Position numbers and translations under genes: made by a program. 28,257 nucleotides of DNA from a virus (Duplodnaviria > Caudoviricetes): positions 1-28,257 of IMG/VR virus record IMGVR_UViG_3300020173_001379, one strand, 5' to 3'. Positions 1-8,064 of the stretch are shown piece by piece. Numbering within the stretch: position 1 is the stretch's first letter; each line of letters opens with the position of its first letter. The notes under the pieces were generated by a model. That model was not told the DNA's origin. It ran no database searches and was given only the letters and a program-made list of their open reading frames with translations.

Positions 1-555
1 CCTAAACCCAATCACATTTACCTTCAATTCGATTTCGATGCATATCATCCACGAATCATTGGTAAGATGATTCACTATTCACTACCCCAAACATCGGTAC
101 ACCAATGGTTAGCGGACCAATATGGTTGTGGATATGATGAAGGTAAGGGAATCACCTTCCAAATCCTTTATGGTGGTGTCCCCGATGAAATGTTAGAGGT
201 TCCTTACTTTAAGAAGGTTAAGGAGTACATCGATAAGTTGTGGGAACATGGTACCGAGAAAGGTTACGTTTCGACACTCAATCGAAATATCCCACTTTCT
301 ACTATTGAAGACCCGAACCCACAAAAATTGTTCAACTATATGTTACAAGCAACGGAAACTGAGTTAAACATGGAAGTAATGAAACGTTTAGCTGAGAAGG
401 GGATGAAACTACCGATTTTATATACCTATGATTCATTCTTATTTGAATATAGTGTGGATGAGGATACGAGTAGGGCAAAAGAAATCAAAGAAACCTTAGA
501 ATCACTTGGGTTTCCTGTCAAGGCATCGTGGGGTTCGGATTACTCAAAAGTTTAA
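1..555 (+). CDS. Divergent family A DNA polymerase-like protein, 3' part (5' end outside window)
   Basis: Frame 1 is open from base 1 (PKPNHIYLQFDFDAYHPRIIGKMI...). It has a motif A-like FDFDAYHPRII, motif B-like KGITFQILYGG and motif C-like YTYDSFLFE in the correct order near the C-terminus. Confidence 0.75.
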   Translation, partial: PKPNHIYLQFDFDAYHPRIIGKMIHYSLPQTSVHQWLADQYGCGYDEGKGITFQILYGGVPDEMLEVPYFKKVKEYIDKLWEHGTEKGYVSTLNRNIPLSTIEDPNPQKLFNYMLQATETELNMEVMKRLAEKGMKLPILYTYDSFLFEYSVDEDTSRAKEIKETLESLGFPVKASWGSDYSKV

Positions 556-566
556 TATTTATAGGG
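555..566 (+). promoter_or_regulatory. ATATTTATAGGG motif, putative phage-specific (late?) promoter
   Basis: The identical 12-mer occurs at 2747-2758. Both copies are intergenic and end 17 nt before an ATG. Confidence 0.55.
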
Positions 567-583
567 AGAACTAATTTTTATAC

Positions 584-2719
584 ATGGTGTATTTTAAGCA
601 ATTTATAAGTGATTTAATAACCGAAGTTTCGTATCGTACCGATAGTGGTATTGTAAACTTGGAAAACCACGACCATATCAGTATCTTATCAGAGGTATTG
701 GATGAGATTGGATTAAGTGATATCAAACACGAATTATTTCAAAATTTATTTGAGGCAGAAAGATTTACAAATCCAATCTTAAATCGAGAGATTGAATACA
801 CCGATGCACAGGGTAATAAGAAAAAAGGTTTAATTGGAAACTTATTAAGAACTCCAAAAGAATCTCCTGGTAGACAGGCAGCAGAGAGACAATTACCTCC
901 TGAAGGTTCTGATGCTAGAAATGCGATAAATCAAGAATTAGGTTCTGAAAAGGATGGTAAAACTGATAGACAACCTACTTCAAGTAAAGGTGAGGATGAT
1001 GACCAGGCAGTTGAAGAACCTAAAAAGACAGTTCAAGGAAAAGCACAATTCTCTCATGCACCTGATGTTGCTAATAGTAAAGATGGTGGTGATAAGAAAA
1101 GTAATGAACCAAAACCAAAAAACAAAACTGTATCTAATGTAGATACTAAATCTAGTGAAGTCTATACTGAAACCAATACAGGTATTTCAGATGATGAATT
1201 TAAGAAAGGACCTGCTAAACCTATATTCAAAAATCAAGAAGATGAGTTAAAACCAGAAGATTTAGATGAATATTTTAAATCTGGTAAAATACCAATGAAG
1301 TATAAGACAGTAATATCTCGTTTAATGAATACTCAAAAAGGTTCACAACAAATTACTGATTATATGACGGGTGTAGGTGCAGGTCAATTACAATCCCAAG
1401 CAGGTGAAATACTCACAATGACCTCAATTGGTATGAGTGATGATGAGTTCGAAGGTTTTATACAACTTTTAGAAGATAAAATATCAAAGTATCCTAAAGG
1501 CACGAAACCTGTAATTACAAAAGATTGGTTAGAATCAGTAAGAAATGTTAGAGCAATAACCAAAAAAAGATATGATTCTGAATTTGGTGAAGGAAATTGG
1601 GAAGTGGAAGCTACTGCATGGGACGTGGAAAATGAATTTGTTGCATTGGGTAACGATAATTACAAAGAAAATAAAGGATTTTCATCTGATATGTACGTTA
1701 AGGTTAAAGTTGGTGGAACACCAGTTTTAGATGAAATTTCACTTAAAAAAGATTCTACTGCTAACATCTATAATGGTGTTGTAACTGATATTAAAAATTG
1801 GTCATCTAATGTACCTAAGAAAGCAGATATAAACGAGTATAAAAAAGGTGAAATAGAAAGACCAACTCAATATGGTAAAGATGCTCAAACTTTACAATTA
1901 GATAAAAAAGTACTTACCTCAAAAGAAGTATTGGCTAATAAAGAGCTACGAATAACACTACAAGCTCTTGGTGTGGTTAATGGTGATGCCAAAAAAGGAT
2001 ATACATTAGACCCAAAGGCTGAAGAAATTATTGATAAATTACAATCCATGCCAGTACCACCACCAGTTGATTTGGCAAGATTTAAGCAAGTGTTCGGAAC
2101 GGGTGATAAAACTAGATTTAAGAAATTCTTAATTATGCACGCCGCATGCCAACGAGCCAAAGAAATTTCTGAAGGTAATACTGATAAAACTACTGCATTT
2201 AACTTTTTAAATAATCACCTTGGGTATGAAAAAGGTGAGGATGGTAAATTTCCAGAAGGTTCAATCAAACGATATCAAAATGATACAATTCAATTCTTGG
2301 TTGAAGATGAAGAGGCTAAAGAAGGTTGTTTAACTGCATTGGCAGAAAAATTACCTATGAAAGCACTTTTAGAGGGTGAAGAAAAAATGGCCATAGGTGG
2401 ATTATCGGCAGACCCTAAAACTTTAAAAAGAGTTTTTGGTATTTCAAGTTATGATGATTTCAAGGCAGGATTAACAATGAAGGAAGATGAAGATGGTAAC
2501 AACTTCCTTGTTTATGAATCAAAAGGACCACCTGCAAAGTCAGTACCAATTGCAATAGTTAAGGTAAGGCAAAAAGGACAGGGGTATGCTTCAAGTGTAG
2601 GATTGGAATTTGAAATTGCAACAGAGTTCGCACAAGAGTTGTATTCTGCTAATAAGGAAGAATATCCACCTGAACCTGAAATTTCTGATAAAGAAAGAAG
2701 AAAACTTGGTGTATCGTAA
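584..2719 (+). CDS. Hypothetical 711 aa protein with possible PD-(D/E)xK-like nuclease domain
   Basis: Long ORF with an acidic/Lys-rich low-complexity linker at about aa 100-210. It has QAGEIL...SSDMYVKV...EISLKK, resembling an E...D...xSLK restriction-endonuclease-fold signature. The function is inferred. Confidence 0.6.
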   Translation: MVYFKQFISDLITEVSYRTDSGIVNLENHDHISILSEVLDEIGLSDIKHELFQNLFEAERFTNPILNREIEYTDAQGNKKKGLIGNLLRTPKESPGRQAAERQLPPEGSDARNAINQELGSEKDGKTDRQPTSSKGEDDDQAVEEPKKTVQGKAQFSHAPDVANSKDGGDKKSNEPKPKNKTVSNVDTKSSEVYTETNTGISDDEFKKGPAKPIFKNQEDELKPEDLDEYFKSGKIPMKYKTVISRLMNTQKGSQQITDYMTGVGAGQLQSQAGEILTMTSIGMSDDEFEGFIQLLEDKISKYPKGTKPVITKDWLESVRNVRAITKKRYDSEFGEGNWEVEATAWDVENEFVALGNDNYKENKGFSSDMYVKVKVGGTPVLDEISLKKDSTANIYNGVVTDIKNWSSNVPKKADINEYKKGEIERPTQYGKDAQTLQLDKKVLTSKEVLANKELRITLQALGVVNGDAKKGYTLDPKAEEIIDKLQSMPVPPPVDLARFKQVFGTGDKTRFKKFLIMHAACQRAKEISEGNTDKTTAFNFLNNHLGYEKGEDGKFPEGSIKRYQNDTIQFLVEDEEAKEGCLTALAEKLPMKALLEGEEKMAIGGLSADPKTLKRVFGISSYDDFKAGLTMKEDEDGNNFLVYESKGPPAKSVPIAIVKVRQKGQGYASSVGLEFEIATEFAQELYSANKEEYPPEPEISDKERRKLGVS

Positions 2720-2746
2720 AAATAAGGTTCTTTCCTGAATAATTTT

Positions 2747-2758
2747 ATATTTATAGGG
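2747..2758 (+). promoter_or_regulatory. ATATTTATAGGG motif, putative phage-specific promoter
   Basis: Second exact copy of the motif, upstream of the ATG at 2776. Confidence 0.55.
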
Positions 2759-2775
2759 GAATTAAATACTCATAT

Positions 2776-3177
2776 ATGAATACACAGTTATTATGTACCT
2801 TTACTACAAAGGATAGGTTACAGCAAACTCTTCAAGATATTCGTGAAGTTTATGTCATAGTGTATAATTACATCTATGTACTTCAAGATAAATCAAACTT
2901 GGACGAATTGTTTGTTACTTATAACATCAATACGGATTATAAGCCCCAACAACCGTTAGAGGATACTATACTGATTCACCGTAAAAAAGAATCAAACACC
3001 CTATATACAATCAATGCATTAAATCAACTTGTGAAAGAAGAGAATGGAGGTATTCTTGATAAATCCTTTATCGTTGATTGGCAGAAATTCAGAAACTCGA
3101 TTATACTTACTAATACGGAAGGTACGAAAAGAATTCAGACTCGTATCTTCGAGGTTATAGAATTTAATCAAAATTAA
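2776..3177 (+). CDS. Hypothetical phage protein (133 aa)
   Basis: Clean ORF in a same-strand gene run with no recognised catalytic motif. Confidence 0.8.
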   Translation: MNTQLLCTFTTKDRLQQTLQDIREVYVIVYNYIYVLQDKSNLDELFVTYNINTDYKPQQPLEDTILIHRKKESNTLYTINALNQLVKEENGGILDKSFIVDWQKFRNSIILTNTEGTKRIQTRIFEVIEFNQN

Positions 3178-3189
3178 GAATAAGAAAAT

Positions 3190-4113
3190 ATGCTACTAAA
3201 AATTGGTTCAAGAGGAGAACTCGTAAAGGATGTACAAGAAGTTGTTGGTGTTGCAGCTGACGGAATCTTTGGTGCAGGTACTGCTGAAGCAGTAAAGAAA
3301 TGGCAAGCCGCAAATGGTTTAGATGCGGATGGTTTAGTTGGTAGAGGAACATTAGCAAAGATGGAACTATTGGATACCGATAATGGTGCTGGTGGTGCAA
3401 ACCCTGAAGATGCTAAAGGACTTTACACAAAGAAACCTTACACAACATCAAATGGTTTGGAAATCATTGAATACTTCATGCCAGACGATGAATACAAAAA
3501 AGGTCCTATCAACGCAGAGTGGGTATTTATCCACCATACTGCTGGATGGCACAACCCATACAATTGTATCAAACAATGGGATGCGGATAAAAATGGTGCA
3601 ATCGCAACTGAATTCGTAATGGGTGGACCATCGGTTAAAGGAAACGATGATAAGTTCGATGGTGAAGTAGTTCAAGCATTCCCTGCTGGAAACTGGGGAT
3701 ACCACTTAGGTAAGAATGGTTCACAAAAGATGCACGTAAACTCTATTGGTATGGAGGTGTGTAACTTTGGATATGTGAAAGATGGTAAAACTTATGCTGG
3801 TACAACGGTTGATGATTCACAAATCGTAACTTTGGCAAAACCATTTAGAGGACACTCTACTTGGCATAGATATTCAGATAAACAAATCAAAGCATTGGAA
3901 CAATGGTTGAAGTTTATCGCTGAAAGAGATAACATTGATATCACCGCTGGTTTACCTGCTTTAGTTAAAGAGAAAGGTGCTGATGCATTTGAATTTAACG
4001 AAGATGCATACTATGGTAGAGTGAAAGGTGTATGGACTCACACTAACACTCGTAAAGATAAGTTCGATATGTTCCCACAACAAGAACTATTGGATATGTT
4101 AGTATCACTATAA
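3190..4113 (+). CDS. Endolysin: N-terminal peptidoglycan-binding domain + N-acetylmuramoyl-L-alanine amidase (Amidase_2)
   Basis: PG_binding_1 repeats (ADGIFGAGT...WQAANGLDADGLVGRGT) are followed by amidase motifs FIHHTAG, SIGMEVCN and WTHTN...DKFD. Confidence 0.88.
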   Translation: MLLKIGSRGELVKDVQEVVGVAADGIFGAGTAEAVKKWQAANGLDADGLVGRGTLAKMELLDTDNGAGGANPEDAKGLYTKKPYTTSNGLEIIEYFMPDDEYKKGPINAEWVFIHHTAGWHNPYNCIKQWDADKNGAIATEFVMGGPSVKGNDDKFDGEVVQAFPAGNWGYHLGKNGSQKMHVNSIGMEVCNFGYVKDGKTYAGTTVDDSQIVTLAKPFRGHSTWHRYSDKQIKALEQWLKFIAERDNIDITAGLPALVKEKGADAFEFNEDAYYGRVKGVWTHTNTRKDKFDMFPQQELLDMLVSL

Positions 4114-4114
4114 G

Positions 4115-4186
4115 ATGAAAGAGAAGTTAAGAGTATTGTGGTGTAAACTACAAGTGGCGTTTTTTGAAACTATACAAATGTGGTAA
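4115..4186 (+). CDS. Possible 23 aa peptide MKEKLRVLWCKLQVAFFETIQMW
   Basis: It fills the gap between the endolysin stop (4113) and the next ATG (4190) almost exactly. Confidence 0.4.
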   Translation: MKEKLRVLWCKLQVAFFETIQMW

Positions 4187-4189
4187 GTT

Positions 4190-4435
4190 ATGAAAGTTTA
4201 TTGTAGAGTAGTAAATAAAGCACTGGCAGGAGAACCATCTCATCGAGTATTTCAAGTTCAAGATACACTTGAAATTATTGAGTATGATGATGTTACTCAT
4301 ACTTTACAAAATGATATTCAGAGAGAATCCGATATCTTAAATGATGTAGAATATGTTTTAAAGCATATGGGACATTATTGTGAAATCATTTATAACGATA
4401 ATGGGTATCATCGCCACACACTAATCTTAGAATAA
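4190..4435 (+). CDS. Hypothetical protein (81 aa)
   Basis: ORF with a TAAGTTATG start context, followed by a terminator. Confidence 0.7.
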   Translation: MKVYCRVVNKALAGEPSHRVFQVQDTLEIIEYDDVTHTLQNDIQRESDILNDVEYVLKHMGHYCEIIYNDNGYHRHTLILE

Positions 4436-4437
4436 AC

Positions 4438-4467
4438 AAAGGGGGGAAGAAATTCTCCCCTTTATTT
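4438..4467 (+). terminator. Intrinsic terminator
   Basis: AAAGGGGGGAA-GAAA-TTCTCCCCTTT hairpin (one G-U pair, GAAA loop) followed by a T-rich tail. Confidence 0.75.
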
Positions 4468-4496
4468 GTTTATGTAAAATATTTTTCGTATATTTG
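4465..4496 (+). promoter_or_regulatory. Bacteroidota housekeeping-sigma promoter (-33 TTTG / -7 TAnnTTTG)
   Basis: TTTG 4465-4468, 20 nt spacer, TATATTTG 4489-4496. Confidence 0.8.
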
Positions 4497-4508
4497 TGCT
4501 AACAAAAT

Positions 4509-4673
4509 ATGAAAGAGATGATTTCAGACAATTTAGATTACGATGGAATGGGAAATTTTGGAAGATTTCCAGCCTCCGAAAAAAAAGTAAAAAAGAGTTT
4601 GGAATTGTGGAAAACTTTTCGTATATTTGTATCAAATAAATCTCAAAAGCCCACTAAAAATAAGGTTTTTTGA
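4509..4673 (+). CDS. Small hypothetical protein (54 aa, MKEMISDNLDYDGMGNFGRFPASEKK...), not in ORF track
   Basis: The ATG lies 12 nt after the -7 element of the 4465 promoter, and the frame is open to TGA at 4671-4673. Confidence 0.5.
   Translation: MKEMISDNLDYDGMGNFGRFPASEKKVKKSLELWKTFRIFVSNKSQKPTKNKVF
4598..4629 (+). promoter_or_regulatory. Bacteroidota-type promoter upstream of SSB
   Basis: TTTG 4598-4601, 20 nt spacer, TATATTTG 4622-4629. Confidence 0.8.
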
Positions 4674-4681
4674 TATTTATA
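4673..4681 (+). promoter_or_regulatory. ATATTTATA motif upstream of SSB
   Basis: Third copy of the 9-mer core, intergenic. Confidence 0.4.
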
Positions 4682-4746
4682 TATGGTGTAGGAAAGACAC
4701 TTAAATAAAACCAATAAAACAATTAAACTTTTAAAATTTAAAAATT

Positions 4747-5559
4747 ATGGCACTTGATTTAAATGCAATCAGAGGTAGACTGAACAAACTACAAAACAAC
4801 ACTAGCCGCAAAGACAATTTGTGGAAACCTACTCCAGGTAAACATCAAGTAAGAATCGTTCCTTACAAATTTTCTCCTGAAAATCCTTTCATCGAGTTAT
4901 TCTTTCACTACAACATCAACAACAAAACGTACTTGTCTCCAAGTTCATTTGGAAGACCAGACCCAATCGTTGAGTTTGCTGATAAGTTGAAGAGAATGGG
5001 TGATAAAGAAGATTGGAAAGCAGCAAAGAAAATGGAACCAAAATTGAGAACATTCGTTCCTGTCATCGTTCGTGGTGAAGAAAATGAAGGTGTGAGATTT
5101 TGGGGATTCGGTAAAACTGTTTACCAAGAACTCTTAGGATACATCGCAGACCCTGATTATGGTGATATTACTGACCCAACAAGTGGTAGAGATATTACTA
5201 TTGAATATGTATCAGCGGAAGATGCAGGAACTTCTTACCCTGTAACTACGATTCGTATCAAACCCAATCAAACCCCTTTATCTGAAGATAGTTCAGTACA
5301 AACTAACTTCATGGAGAGTCAAACCAATATTACTGATATCTATTCAGAGTTATCTTACGATGAATTGAAGAATGTATTAGAGGGATGGTTAAATCCAACT
5401 GCAGAAGAAAGTGAAGAAAGTGTATCAGAACAAACTCTAAGTACACCAACTTCTACAAGTACACCAGCTCCGGTAAGTACACCAGCTGAACCTGCAGTAG
5501 AAGATAGAAAAAAGTTAGATGACGTTGCATCTGCTTTTGATGATTTATTCAACGGATAA
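4747..5559 (+). CDS. Single-stranded DNA-binding protein (T4 gp32-like)
   Basis: WKP...VRIVPY, FIELFFHY, VRFWGFGKTVY, DITDPTSGRDI, a Pro/Thr linker and an acidic FDDLF C-terminus. It lies upstream of the recombinase. Confidence 0.85.
   Translation: MALDLNAIRGRLNKLQNNTSRKDNLWKPTPGKHQVRIVPYKFSPENPFIELFFHYNINNKTYLSPSSFGRPDPIVEFADKLKRMGDKEDWKAAKKMEPKLRTFVPVIVRGEENEGVRFWGFGKTVYQELLGYIADPDYGDITDPTSGRDITIEYVSAEDAGTSYPVTTIRIKPNQTPLSEDSSVQTNFMESQTNITDIYSELSYDELKNVLEGWLNPTAEESEESVSEQTLSTPTSTSTPAPVSTPAEPAVEDRKKLDDVASAFDDLFNG
5440..5487 (+). repeat. Three copies of AGTACACCA with 18 nt period (STP repeats in SSB linker)
   Basis: Copies start at 5440, 5458 and 5476. Confidence 0.7.
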
Positions 5560-5578
5560 TACTTAATAAGTTACACTT

Positions 5579-6706
5579 ATGGCGAAAAAGAAACAAGATG
5601 ATAGTAACGATTTAGCATCGGTACTAGCAGGTGAGTTGAATAAACTCAACAAAGACCAAACAGTTGCATTCTTCCTTGATGATGATAGTGCACCTACAAA
5701 TGTAGATGGATGGATATCAACAGGAGCAGCAATGTTAGATGTTGCAATTTCTAATCGTCCATATGGTGGGGTACCCGTTGGTAGAATTACCGAAGTAACA
5801 GGTTTAGAACAATCAGGAAAATCATTATTATCTGCACACCTCCTTGCTGAAACACAAAAGCAAGGTGGTGTTGCGGTAATGATTGATACTGAAACCGCAG
5901 TGAGTAGAGAATTTTTAGAAGCAATTGGAGTAGATGTATCTAAACTTCTTTATGTAACCGCAGATTCAGTAGAACAAATCTTTGAGTTCGCAGAAACTAT
6001 TATTGAAAAGGTAAGAACCACGAGTAAAGATAAGATGGTAACCATCGTTGTAGATTCAGTTGCAGCAGCTTCAACTAAAAATGAACTCTCTTCTGATTAT
6101 GATAAAGATGGATATGCAACCGACAAAGCAATCATTATCTCCAAAGCAATGAGAAAGATTACCAACATGATTGGTAGACAGAAAATTGCGTTGGTATTTA
6201 CTAACCAACTTCGTCAAAAGATGGGAGTTATGTTTGGTGACCCATGGACAACTTCAGGTGGTAAAGCACTAGCTTTCCATGCCTCTGTTAGATTGAGATT
6301 GAAGAACATGGGACAGATTAAGCAAAAAGTTGCTGGTCAAGATAAGGTTGTTGGTATGAAGGTTCGTTGTCAAGTTATCAAAAATCGAATGGGTCCACCA
6401 TTAAGGGCAGCAGATTTTGAAATTTATTTTGATAGAGGAATTGATAATTATGGTTCATGGTTAACCGTAATGAAAGAGAATAAACTTGTAAAACAAGGTG
6501 GTGCATGGTATGAATATGTAGATACCGAAACAGGTGAAGTTCACAAATTCCAGTCAAAAGATTTCATTCCATTGATGGGTGAAAATGAAGAATTGCGAGA
6601 GCAAATCTATAAAAAGATTTGTGAAGAAACAATTTTACAATACAAATCAAGCACTTTAGATATCGATTCAATGGAACTCGATACTGAGGGAGCAGAAGAA
6701 AAATAA
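5579..6706 (+). CDS. recA: RecA/UvsX-like recombinase
   Basis: Walker A GLEQSGKS, IDTE, IVVDSVAA, NQLRQKMGVMFGDPWTTSGGKALAFHASVR. Confidence 0.95.
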   Translation: MAKKKQDDSNDLASVLAGELNKLNKDQTVAFFLDDDSAPTNVDGWISTGAAMLDVAISNRPYGGVPVGRITEVTGLEQSGKSLLSAHLLAETQKQGGVAVMIDTETAVSREFLEAIGVDVSKLLYVTADSVEQIFEFAETIIEKVRTTSKDKMVTIVVDSVAAASTKNELSSDYDKDGYATDKAIIISKAMRKITNMIGRQKIALVFTNQLRQKMGVMFGDPWTTSGGKALAFHASVRLRLKNMGQIKQKVAGQDKVVGMKVRCQVIKNRMGPPLRAADFEIYFDRGIDNYGSWLTVMKENKLVKQGGAWYEYVDTETGEVHKFQSKDFIPLMGENEELREQIYKKICEETILQYKSSTLDIDSMELDTEGAEEK

Positions 6707-6709
6707 GTT

Positions 6710-6964
6710 ATGAGTAAATTAGCAGATATGTTAAGAACATCGGCAGAAGCCGATAAAGCAAAAGCACTCCTTACTTTGGAGTTGTTGGAGAAACATCCCG
6801 CAGGGATTGGTGACCATTCAACTGGTGATTTCTATGAAAATGCAGAATCGGCATTACAAATGTTGGTAGATGCAGATGATAGATTGAAAACGATTGATAA
6901 ATACCTATCAAACGATAATGGTTTGGTTGGTGGAAACGGATACACTACTACAACAACTGCATGA
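6710..6964 (+). CDS. Small helical hypothetical phage protein (HPAGIGDH motif)
   Basis: ORF tightly packed between recA and the exonuclease, with an ATGA overlap. Confidence 0.75.
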   Translation: MSKLADMLRTSAEADKAKALLTLELLEKHPAGIGDHSTGDFYENAESALQMLVDADDRLKTIDKYLSNDNGLVGGNGYTTTTTA

Positions 6965-8007
6965 TGAAAGACCTCTACAAAAACATTCTGAACGAAGTTG
7001 AACAGGAACGAGAAACTAATCACCTTCGAGAAAGGAATAGTAGAGTTCTAATTATTGATGGACTCAACACCTTCATCAGGTCATGGACAGTTAATCCTAC
7101 TATGAATGAGGATGGTGACCATACTGGTGGGGTGGTTGGTTCCCTCAAATCTATCGGGTATCAGATTCGTGAATTTAATCCAACAAGGGTAGTAGTTACC
7201 TTTGATGGTAAAGACGGTTCTAAGAAGAGGAAAACGATTCACGAAGGGTATAAAGCAAATCGTGCAAAGAATCGATTCCGAGTAAACCGTCAGTATCAAG
7301 GTATGATGACTGAAGAAGAGGAGCGTTTATCAATGAAACAGCAATTTATTTGGTTAAATGATGTTTTAGATTATCTTCCCGTTCAAACGATGATTTACGA
7401 TGGTATCGAAGCAGATGATGTGATTGGATACTTAACAACTCAAGTTTTGAAAGAAGATGAAGAAGTTGTAATTGTATCTACTGATAAAGATTTCCTTCAA
7501 TTAGTTTCAGATAGAGTAAAAGTATTTTCACCTACAAAGAAAAAAACTTACGATAGAGAAGCAGTAAAGGAGGAATTTGGTATCTGGCCACAAAACATTC
7601 TTCTTTATAGAACAATGGATGGTGATAAATCTGATAACATTCCTGGTATTAAGGGCTGTGGTATAAAAACTCTCCTTAAACGATTCCCTGAGTTAGAAGA
7701 GGATAGATACATCAGTTTTGATGAGTTCTTTCAACTGTGTGAAGATAAGAAGGGTAAAATCAAGATATACGATGATATTCTTGCACACAAAGAGCAAATC
7801 TTGATGAATCGTAATATAATGGAACTTTCAGATTTACACATCCCAACCAACAAGAAATTACAAATTCTTGATAGGTTTAGTGGGGAAGATATTGAGTTTG
7901 ATAAATTACAATTCATCCGAGTAGGTACCAAATACAAAATTCTTCAGAACTGGAGAGATATAAATGATTGGCTTCACTCAACATTTACCAATATTATTAA
8001 CAAATAG
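6961..8007 (+). CDS. 5'-3' exonuclease / flap endonuclease (T4 RNase H / PolI N-terminal family)
   Basis: LIIDGLN, FDG, YKANR, EADDVI, STDKDFLQL and GDKSDNIPGIKGCG motifs. Confidence 0.93.
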   Translation: MMKDLYKNILNEVEQERETNHLRERNSRVLIIDGLNTFIRSWTVNPTMNEDGDHTGGVVGSLKSIGYQIREFNPTRVVVTFDGKDGSKKRKTIHEGYKANRAKNRFRVNRQYQGMMTEEEERLSMKQQFIWLNDVLDYLPVQTMIYDGIEADDVIGYLTTQVLKEDEEVVIVSTDKDFLQLVSDRVKVFSPTKKKTYDREAVKEEFGIWPQNILLYRTMDGDKSDNIPGIKGCGIKTLLKRFPELEEDRYISFDEFFQLCEDKKGKIKIYDDILAHKEQILMNRNIMELSDLHIPTNKKLQILDRFSGEDIEFDKLQFIRVGTKYKILQNWRDINDWLHSTFTNIINK

Positions 8008-8008
8008 T

Positions 8009-8039
8009 TTTGATTGTTCACAAAAATTTCGTATATTTG
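8009..8039 (+). promoter_or_regulatory. Bacteroidota-type promoter upstream of helicase
   Basis: TTTG 8009-8012, 19 nt spacer, TATATTTG 8032-8039. Confidence 0.8.
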
Positions 8040-8064
8040 TGAACTCAAATTTAGGTTACTTTAG

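Noticed and set aside
2719-4667. AAAATAAGGTT seen upstream of two ATATTTATA motifs
   Set aside because: Spacing to the motif differs (17 versus 5 nt) and it is absent at the 555 copy, so it may be chance in AT-rich DNA.
4436-4746. CRISPR array, tRNA or ncRNA in the larger intergenic gaps
   Set aside because: No repeat-spacer periodicity or cloverleaf was seen. This gap is explained by a terminator, promoters and a small ORF.
5440-5487. AGTACACCA repeats as origin iterons
   Set aside because: They are in frame and encode the Ser-Thr-Pro linker of the SSB, so protein low complexity is sufficient explanation.
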